In this document: positions 31,473 to 38,443 of the stretch, piece by piece | Layout: each line of letters begins with the position of its first letter | How positions within the stretch are numbered: position 1 is the first letter of the stretch | NCBI GenBank assembly: GCA_905211615.1 | Contig: CAJMBB010000001.1 | Coordinates: forward strand, 1-38,443 | DNA from: an uncultured Collinsella sp. | Lineage (GTDB): Bacteria > Actinomycetota > Coriobacteriia > Coriobacteriales > Coriobacteriaceae | Length of the DNA stretch: 38,443 bases | Direction of reading: 5' to 3' | The notes under the pieces: generated by a model | Told to the model about the DNA's origin: nothing | The model's database searches: none | Seen by the model: only the letters and a program-made list of their open reading frames with translations | Position numbers and translations under genes: made by a program

Positions 31473-32759
31473 ATGCTCTTCTCTCTTTTCTCAAAGCCTC
31501 AATCATCGCTGTCCGCGCAGGCCAAGCGCCTAGTGGCGATGCGCTTTCTCATTTACACCGGTTTTCAGACCAGCTACTTTATCGGCGTCATCGGAACGCT
31601 CACCTATGCAGACGATGCATCGGTCGTGGCGACATCGCTGGCCGTCCTTTTTATGAACGTATTCGTGATCTTGGGGTCCTTTGCGGGCGGCGCGGCGCTC
31701 GACGCCTGGGGCCCGCGCCGTCATTTCTTGCTGAGCATCGTCGGCACGCTGGCGACGGGTGCGGCGATCCTCGTTTTTGGCAGCGCGACCGGCATCGTCC
31801 TGCTCGGCGCGGTGCTCCTGGGCTTTGTGATGGGGTTCGCCCAGCCCATCGCCACATCCTATCCAGCCTACCTCACCGACGATCCTGTCGAGCTCAAAGG
31901 TATCAACTCCGCCATCGCCATGTTTTCAAACGTGAGTATCATCGTTGGCCCCACGCTGGGCGGCTTTGTCGCGGCGGCTACATCGTCACGCGCGGTGTTC
32001 GTGCTCATGATGATTTTTACCGTACTGGCGCTCATTGCCGGCTGGGGCTTTAGGCAAAGTGCGGGTCAGGCCGCCACACACGAAGGCAAACCCGCGCCCG
32101 GCGACATCACATCGGATAAGGCCAGCCAAAGCCCCGACCCCAACACGTCCTCCCGCGCAACCTTCGCGACCAGCATCAAGACAGTCTTTACCAACAGCGT
32201 TCTCGCCCTACTGTTCTGCATCATCTTTCTTTCGAACTTCGGCTATGGCGCCTTTGACCCGCTGGAGTCGTTCTTCTACCGCGATGTTCTGCATGTCGGT
32301 GTCGAGTGGATGGGCTGGCTCTCGTCGGCCTGCGGCGTGGGCGCGGTGCTGGGCGCTGTGGCCGCGCTCCGCTTGCCGCCGCACCTGGTCAACCTTAAAA
32401 CGCTGCTCGTGGCGCTCATGTCCGTGGGCCTGGGAAGTTTGCTCTATGTGGGGACACCGTACGTGGGCGTAGCCCTTGTCGGTCAGATTGCCCTGGGCGT
32501 GGCCTGGGGCGTCGTCAACCCGCTCCACAACACGATCGTGCAAACAACGGCCCCGCTCGAGCAACTCGGGCGCGTCAACTCGGTCATGGGCTTTGGCAAT
32601 ATGTTCGCCGGCGTGGCGCCGCTGGCGATTGCCCCGTGGCTGGCGGCGACATTTGGCGTACAGCGGACACTCGTGGGGGCAGGCATGGTCGTGACGGCGG
32701 TCCCTGCGGCGTTGCTGCTGTTTGGACGCCGGCATTTGGATCGTGCCGCAAGGCAGTAA
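31473..32759 (+). CDS. MFS transporter, probably efflux type
   Basis: About 12 TM segments, motif A-like GAALDAWGPRR and LGRVNSV; ATG 31473 follows AAGGAG. Confidence 0.9.
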   Translation: MLFSLFSKPQSSLSAQAKRLVAMRFLIYTGFQTSYFIGVIGTLTYADDASVVATSLAVLFMNVFVILGSFAGGAALDAWGPRRHFLLSIVGTLATGAAILVFGSATGIVLLGAVLLGFVMGFAQPIATSYPAYLTDDPVELKGINSAIAMFSNVSIIVGPTLGGFVAAATSSRAVFVLMMIFTVLALIAGWGFRQSAGQAATHEGKPAPGDITSDKASQSPDPNTSSRATFATSIKTVFTNSVLALLFCIIFLSNFGYGAFDPLESFFYRDVLHVGVEWMGWLSSACGVGAVLGAVAALRLPPHLVNLKTLLVALMSVGLGSLLYVGTPYVGVALVGQIALGVAWGVVNPLHNTIVQTTAPLEQLGRVNSVMGFGNMFAGVAPLAIAPWLAATFGVQRTLVGAGMVVTAVPAALLLFGRRHLDRAARQ

Positions 32760-32824
32760 AAACCATCACAACATTCGATGAAAATCGCGATTTTGCCGAA
32801 AAACGTCGAATGTTGTGATGGTTT
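32760..32824. repeat. Palindrome family A, copy 3 (solo, spacer inverted and diverged)
   Basis: Same arms as copies 1 and 2. The reverse complement of its 27-nt spacer, CGTTTTTCGGCAAAATCGCGATTTTCA, matches their spacer at 19/27 positions. Confidence 0.92.
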
Positions 32825-32856
32825 GCGCTGCGGGTCAGGCCATCCTGCGGGCCAGG

Positions 32857-32889
32857 CCACCACAAAGGGGCCAGGCACCTTTGTGGTGG
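32857..32889 (+). repeat. REP-like hairpin family B, copy 3
   Basis: CCACCACAAAGGGGCCAGGCACCTTTGTGGTGG followed by TTTTTGCTTTGG. Confidence 0.75.
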
Positions 32890-32983
32890 TTTTTGCTTTG
32901 GCGGGCCGCGCCCGTGCCTTGGTATACCATGTACGCCGTTCACGAATACACCCCACACCGCCGCACAACCCAGAAAGGCCCCC

Positions 32984-33805
32984 ATGGACACCACCTTCAG
33001 CCACATTAAAGCCGTGTTCTGCGATATCGACGGCACGCTGCTCACGAGCCAGCACACGGTGTCCCCGCGCACCGTGGCGGCGATCCGCGCCCTGCGCGAG
33101 CGCGGCGTGCTGTTTGGCCTGTGCACCGGGCGCGACGCCCACGCGACCGAGGCCATGTACAAGCTCTGGGGCATCGAAGGCCTGGTAGACGTGATGGTGG
33201 GCTGCGGTGGCGCTGAGGTCATCGACCGCGCGCACGACATCAACGAGCTGAGCTATCCGCTGCCGGGCGAGACCATCGCGCGCATCTGCAAGCACATGGC
33301 GGACCTTCCGGCAACGCCCGTCTGCCCCCGAGACGGCGTGTTCTACGTGCCCGAGAGCAACGCGTGCGTCGAGCACCTGTCGCGCGTCGACGGCGTGCCC
33401 TACCAGGTGGTCGATTTTGCCGAGTTTTTGCGCGAGCCGCAGCCCAAGGTGATGTTTACCATGGCGCCCGAGGTAATGCCGCGGGTGATTGAGCGAGCAT
33501 CGACGTTTGCCGACGACACCGTCAAGGCGGCGGCTCTGCAAACCACGCAGCGGCTCTACGAGTTCATGGATCCGCGCGTGTCCAAGACGCGCGGCCTTGT
33601 GCGCGTGGCGGAGCTCAACGACATGGAGCTCCAGGACATCTGTGTGTTTGGCGATGCGGACAACGACACCTGCATGGTGGCTGACGCCGGCGTGGGCGTG
33701 GCCATGGCAAACGGCAGCGACGCCACCCGTGCCGCCGCCGACTTTGTAACCGCGAGCAACGACAAAGACGGCATTGCGATCTTTGTCGAGGAACATCTGC
33801 TGTAG
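32984..33805 (+). CDS. Cof-type HAD-IIB hydrolase
   Basis: DIDGTLL, CTGR, VSKTRGL, FGDADND and GVAMAN. Confidence 0.93.
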   Translation: MDTTFSHIKAVFCDIDGTLLTSQHTVSPRTVAAIRALRERGVLFGLCTGRDAHATEAMYKLWGIEGLVDVMVGCGGAEVIDRAHDINELSYPLPGETIARICKHMADLPATPVCPRDGVFYVPESNACVEHLSRVDGVPYQVVDFAEFLREPQPKVMFTMAPEVMPRVIERASTFADDTVKAAALQTTQRLYEFMDPRVSKTRGLVRVAELNDMELQDICVFGDADNDTCMVADAGVGVAMANGSDATRAAADFVTASNDKDGIAIFVEEHLL

Positions 33806-33815
33806 CGCAGGGGGG

Positions 33816-33848
33816 CCACCACAAAGGGAGCAGGCGCCTTTGCGGTGG
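33816..33848 (+). repeat. REP-like hairpin family B, copy 4
   Basis: CCACCACAAAGGGAGCAGGCGCCTTTGCGGTGG. Confidence 0.7.
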
Positions 33849-33989
33849 CCTCAGGCGATTTGGGCGAATTGATACCTAAAAACTGCGCGCAAATTCAAAT
33901 AACGTTGTCTGAACATCATGCTTCTAACCACCGATGAGTTAAAGATATTCCCATCAATTTGGTAGTCTATTCCTCCCGGTTAATGATCT

Positions 33990-34019
33990 ACCGTTCACGG
34001 TCGATTTTCGACCGTTCAC
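33990..34019 (+). promoter_or_regulatory. LytTR-type direct repeat upstream of the pilus locus
   Basis: ACCGTTCAC-N12-ACCGTTCAC; a matching arrangement occurs at 4562-4591. Confidence 0.6.
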
Positions 34020-34306
34020 AGGACGCATGCTCTTGAGCAAAATGTTGTGCAAATAAATAAAATGCTATTAAAAAATGATAACTAGCTTAATTACCAGTAG
34101 AAATAGATATTTCATAGCGAATAAACGAAGGTAAATCCGAGCAAATGTCAAGAGAATTGAGAATTCGCTACAAAACTATCGGTATTTTTGCTTAGATGTT
34201 CAAACAATCGTTACAATATGAACTATAAGCGTGCGCAATTACAGATTGCGCAGATACGTTTGATAGTGAAAGAGCAAGATCGCGGTCTCTTGGGGAGGAG
34301 ACATCG

Positions 34307-37300
34307 ATGAAAGCGAATTCAGACAAATCTAAGCAGAGTAAAAAAGCGACGCGCCGTGTACTGGCAGGCGTTTTGTGCGGAGCCTCCGTTTTGAGCCTGG
34401 TACTGTCGCTCGTCATGCCTCCAATCTCGCAGGCCATTGCCAACGATGCCCAGACGGGTGCAGCCGAGAAAACTGTGGCGGCGGCTGATTCTTCAAGTGA
34501 GTCTACTGATGTAGGCAACATCAACAACGGGGATACCGAAAACCAGAATAGTGACGAGACCGAGGGCGACGAGACCTCTGGTGGCGCTGTCGCGACGGGC
34601 CTGTCGCCCGATGACACGGAAGCAAAAAGTGCTGAGCAGCCTGCCGAAGACGACACTAATGGTGAAGACGCAATCGCGCCTGCTGCGGAGAATGAATCAG
34701 ATTATGAAATTCGCAACGGGGCAGAGCTGAGCTCAAAGCTCCTTAACAATAAACTGCGTGATGGAGCCGGCGCTGCTACTTTTAAGCTTATGGCCGATAT
34801 CGACTATGACGATGAGATTAGGCTCGAACAGTCCAGCGACAATCTCATCAATATCACCTTGAACTTAAATGGTCACAAGATTAAGCACGATGATAGTAAT
34901 GGCAAGCCTCTGTTTGATATTGCTAAGGGCGCGACGCTTACGGTCGTGGACGACGTGGACTCTGGGCACATTCAGGAGGATGTTGACGACGGCCAGCAGC
35001 TGCAAGATAAGGACGAGCATCTGACACCTGAAAATTATGGCAAGACGGCAAAGATGACTTATGACAAGAATGGCATTCCGACTGGCCTTATCTATTACGT
35101 AACCGAATCGACTGCAAGTGGTGTAGGTACCACTGAGAAGATCTATGAGCACAAAGCGACTATTCAGGGCGCAATCGTTGGAGTCACCAAGAACTCCACG
35201 ATGAAGCTCATTAACGTTTACCAGGGCGGCACGTTTAACCTTCAGGGCGGTACGCTTACGCAGAAAGAGGACTGCAATGTCGGCAGCCTCATCTATGCCG
35301 AGAACGGTTCTACCGTCAATATGAGCGGTGGCTACGTATGCGGTGCCTCTACGGGAACTTCGGGTACCGGTGCGGGCATTATGGTTAATACAAACGGCAA
35401 TGTATCGACCCTCAGTCTGATCGGCGGTGTTATCGCTGCAAACTACGCTCCCAAAGGTGCCGGCGTGTACTCGAATGGCTCGAACGTTTCCATTTCGAAG
35501 GACGCGGTTATTTCGGGTAATGCGACGTTCAATGGGGAAAGCGACCAGCCTGGCTATGGTGGCGGCATTATGGCCGTAGGCGGCAGCGTAACCGTTTCGG
35601 GCGGCTATATCACGAATAATAGAATGGCTAAGTTCTGCGGTAATGATGGCTGGGGTTGCCATGGCGGCGGCGGGCTTGCTGCCAATAACGGCGCCCATGT
35701 CAGCATTTTCGGTGGCCAGATTACTGGCAATTATTCCGAGGAAGCCGGTGGCGGCGTTTACGTTACCGATGTGGGTCGAAATGACAAGCCTCGTACGGGA
35801 ATGGCGTGGCTGCATATCACGGGAGGGATTATTGCCTCTAATGTAAGCTATCAATCTGAAGGTGCCGGCATTCGCGTGGGCCAGATGGTTGACGCGATGA
35901 TTGGCGACGCTACGAGCAGCAAGGTCTACATTACGAATAACCATTGCATGTCTCGCTTTGACTGGGGCGGTGGCGGTATCTTCGTCCAGGGAAACTCGGA
36001 TGCGGGTAAGGAAAAGACTGCTGGTAGATTATTTGTATACAACTCGTACATTAGCAGCAATACCGCTGGTGGCTATGGCGGCGGCGTAGCGGTCTGCCCC
36101 ACGGGCAAGACGTTGGTAACGAACACTAACGGCACGGCAATCTTTGGCAATTCGTCTGCTGGCAGTGAGCAAAATGCCATCGAATATAAGCCGGCAGATG
36201 GCAAGTATAATAATGGTACGCCCCATCTTTCAGCTGGTGGTGCTGAGGGTTTTGATAAGACTGAAGATCAAGATGCATACAATTCGAAGGTGTTTCGCGA
36301 GAACGGCCATGCCGATTTCTTCCTTGTGGCAAAGGCTGGCCATAAGGAACCGCTTGCGGCAATAATCGGCAAGATGCTCGGCGGCGAAGATGCCAAGTAT
36401 CGGGGAAGCAAAGAACGCAGTGATAACAAAGAACCCAGTGATAACGACGAACTCTATGAGGCTATCACTATCCCTGCCAATGGCGGCGTGAAGATTTATC
36501 GGAGCGTCGGTCTGACTTCGGATGTCGAAGTTGGAAGTGATGAAGCGAATAAAGCACAGGATGCCGCTACAACTTTCATCACGGGCAACTATTCCTGGGA
36601 CCATGGCGGTGGCATCATGTCGAATGGCGACCTGTACTTAGGCCAGCCTGCTGATACGTATGTCTATCCGAGTCTTAAGCTGAAAGCGACCAAAGCCCTG
36701 TCCGGCCGTGCTCTCAAAGAGGGGGAGTTCTCCTTTGCGGTTTACCGTAAAGATTCAGACAGCGCGACAGCGCCTTATTGGAATAACAAGACATTCAACA
36801 ATGGTGACTGCACCTTTGTTGGGTCTGCCAAGAATAGCGCTGACGGTAACATCACCTTTGACCTTGGCGAACAGTTCTTAGCGAGTGGCACTGGCGAAAT
36901 TACGTACTACTTGGTCGAAGATGCGGGCAAGGATCCTGATGTCGACTACGATCATGCTGTATATGAGATTAAGGTGACAGTCGAGGACCACACGACCGTG
37001 CTCATGTCTGTTCCGACGCAGAACGATCCGAATGCGACTAAAGACCTTAAGGTCCATAACTACACGATTAAAAGTGTGAATGTTAAGAATCTTGGGGCTT
37101 CAACTGCCTTGTCGAGCACTGTGCCAGCAGATGCTGACGGCTATTATTCGATTGCCAACTCCGATGGTTCAAAGACTTTCAACAACACGTACACTCTGTA
37201 CACTTCCGACGGCTCCTGGACTCCTAAGGCGACTAAGGTCGTTAAGGGTGGCGAGATGAAGGAGTTTACGCTCGAGTTTGCGGATAACGAGAAGTTTGAA

Positions 37301-37831
37301 GACGCCAAGACGGTGAAGACAACGGCCGACGGTACCAATAACCCCCAGACTCTGAGTTTTGTCGATAAAATCACGTACAAACTTAATGACCTCAACAAGG
37401 GCGAGGACCCTACTGGTCGTGGCGCTTCTAAGACCTTCACCTATTACGTTCGCGAACAGCAGCCGAGCGCACTGTTTACGAACTACAAGTACGACCAGTC
37501 GGTCTACAAGATCACGGTCACGGCAACTGATCAGTCTGATAAGACGATCAAGTGCGACGTGACCTACACCAAGATCGTCAATGCCGATGGCAAGGATATC
37601 CCCGAGAACGAGCAAAATGCGGTCAACTACGTTCCAACTAAGGACGAGGCCACTGGCAAGGAACAGAGCGTTCCGGTCTTCACCAACACCTACTCCACCT
37701 CTTTGCCCCTTTCTGGTATGTCGGGCGTCACTCTGACGTACCTTGCCGGCGCGGCGGTGCTTTGCGCTGCTGCAGCCTGGATGCACATTCGTCGCAAGGC
37801 GAATGCGAAGGGAGGCGAGCGTCGTGAATAA
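34307..37831 (+). CDS. Large sortase-anchored surface protein, probable pilus tip adhesin
   Basis: Long signal peptide, acidic low-complexity linker, Gly-rich N-x4-GGG repeats and two Spy0128-like isopeptide-type domains (LKATK..YYLVE..YD..FNNTY; PKATK..YYVRE..YD..FTNTY). Ends in LPLSG, a TM helix and a basic tail. Confidence 0.85.
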   Translation: MKANSDKSKQSKKATRRVLAGVLCGASVLSLVLSLVMPPISQAIANDAQTGAAEKTVAAADSSSESTDVGNINNGDTENQNSDETEGDETSGGAVATGLSPDDTEAKSAEQPAEDDTNGEDAIAPAAENESDYEIRNGAELSSKLLNNKLRDGAGAATFKLMADIDYDDEIRLEQSSDNLINITLNLNGHKIKHDDSNGKPLFDIAKGATLTVVDDVDSGHIQEDVDDGQQLQDKDEHLTPENYGKTAKMTYDKNGIPTGLIYYVTESTASGVGTTEKIYEHKATIQGAIVGVTKNSTMKLINVYQGGTFNLQGGTLTQKEDCNVGSLIYAENGSTVNMSGGYVCGASTGTSGTGAGIMVNTNGNVSTLSLIGGVIAANYAPKGAGVYSNGSNVSISKDAVISGNATFNGESDQPGYGGGIMAVGGSVTVSGGYITNNRMAKFCGNDGWGCHGGGGLAANNGAHVSIFGGQITGNYSEEAGGGVYVTDVGRNDKPRTGMAWLHITGGIIASNVSYQSEGAGIRVGQMVDAMIGDATSSKVYITNNHCMSRFDWGGGGIFVQGNSDAGKEKTAGRLFVYNSYISSNTAGGYGGGVAVCPTGKTLVTNTNGTAIFGNSSAGSEQNAIEYKPADGKYNNGTPHLSAGGAEGFDKTEDQDAYNSKVFRENGHADFFLVAKAGHKEPLAAIIGKMLGGEDAKYRGSKERSDNKEPSDNDELYEAITIPANGGVKIYRSVGLTSDVEVGSDEANKAQDAATTFITGNYSWDHGGGIMSNGDLYLGQPADTYVYPSLKLKATKALSGRALKEGEFSFAVYRKDSDSATAPYWNNKTFNNGDCTFVGSAKNSADGNITFDLGEQFLASGTGEITYYLVEDAGKDPDVDYDHAVYEIKVTVEDHTTVLMSVPTQNDPNATKDLKVHNYTIKSVNVKNLGASTALSSTVPADADGYYSIANSDGSKTFNNTYTLYTSDGSWTPKATKVVKGGEMKEFTLEFADNEKFEDAKTVKTTADGTNNPQTLSFVDKITYKLNDLNKGEDPTGRGASKTFTYYVREQQPSALFTNYKYDQSVYKITVTATDQSDKTIKCDVTYTKIVNADGKDIPENEQNAVNYVPTKDEATGKEQSVPVFTNTYSTSLPLSGMSGVTLTYLAGAAVLCAAAAWMHIRRKANAKGGERRE

Positions 37832-38443
37832 GAAAGTTTGCTCCTTCCCGATCTTGTTTGCGCTGCTTGCCCTCCTGATCGGCACCTGCGCGGTTGTGTT
37901 CCCCGCTTCCGCGCAGGCCGCGCCGACCTCGACCGGTTCCATCACGGTGAGCGGCACCGTGGCGAGCAGCTACGACGCCTACCAGATCTTTAGCGCAAAC
38001 GTCGTCGACGGCGACAGCGACGCCAAGATCGCCACCGACCTCGCCTGGGCAAGCGACGCCGCGCGCGATGCCGTGTTGCCTGTGCTGCACAGCGCCGGTA
38101 TGCCCAATTCCCAGACCACCGCGCAGGAAGCTGCCGAGTGGCTCAACACCGATTCCCACCTTACGAGCGCGCTGAGCGCACAGCTCGCTCGTTCCCTCCA
38201 GAGCTCTGGCGCCGTGCCCGTGGCCCTTAACGCGGGCACGACGGCCGAGCTGTCCTGCGGCTACTGGCTCATCGTCGCCGACGACGGCGCCATCGCCCAG
38301 GGCGAGACCGGCACCGCGCCGATTATGGCCCTGGTGGGCGGCAGCGCCGTCACTGTCAAGCCCAAGGCGGCGACCCCCAAGGTCGCCAAGCACGTGCTGG
38401 AGAACGGCACCGCCGCCTGGCAGAAGGCCGCCGACGCTACGGT
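37824..38443 (+). CDS. Pilin subunit (isopeptide-forming fimbrial protein), partial at the window edge
   Basis: Not in the ORF track. GTG at 37824 follows GGAGG and overlaps the previous stop: MNKKVCSFPILFALLALL..AQAAPTSTGSITV..YDAYQIF..GYWLIV..VTVKPKAATPKVAK, which includes a pilin-motif-like Lys. Confidence 0.8.
   Translation, partial: MNKKVCSFPILFALLALLIGTCAVVFPASAQAAPTSTGSITVSGTVASSYDAYQIFSANVVDGDSDAKIATDLAWASDAARDAVLPVLHSAGMPNSQTTAQEAAEWLNTDSHLTSALSAQLARSLQSSGAVPVALNAGTTAELSCGYWLIVADDGAIAQGETGTAPIMALVGGSAVTVKPKAATPKVAKHVLENGTAAWQKAADAT

Overview
GC-rich chromosomal segment of a Coriobacteriia actinobacterium; gene content and style suggest Collinsella, which is an inference. In order: partial larB, serB-like phosphatase, aspS, a LacI regulator divergent from an ebgA-ebgC-APC permease cluster, an HPr paralog, feoA-feoA-feoB plus a small Cys-rich protein, an Fe-S flavoenzyme, GntR and LacI regulators, a glnA-like gene followed by a GlnR-like regulator, htrA and ligA. 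An accessory stretch follows (intact Phd-PIN toxin-antitoxin pair, a truncated TA pair, MerR-like remnants, a MATE pump and a palindrome-flanked nuclease-like gene), then moaA, a moaC-mobB fusion, an MFS transporter, a Cof-type HAD hydrolase and the start of a sortase-pilus locus. No rRNA, tRNA, CRISPR array or intact transposase was seen. Main leads: (1) an AbiEi-like/DUF559-type nuclease gene bracketed by identical 62-bp palindromes, with a solo inverted copy 4 kb away, resembling a REP-like selfish element; (2) a glutamine-synthetase homolog lacking three metal ligands, next to a GlnR-like regulator and a GlnR-like box; (3) a shared LytTR-type direct repeat upstream of both ebgA and the pilus locus; (4) an HPr paralog with a natural Asp46; (5) a TA turnover hotspot after ligA. 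All family assignments come from motif recognition by eye, without database searches.
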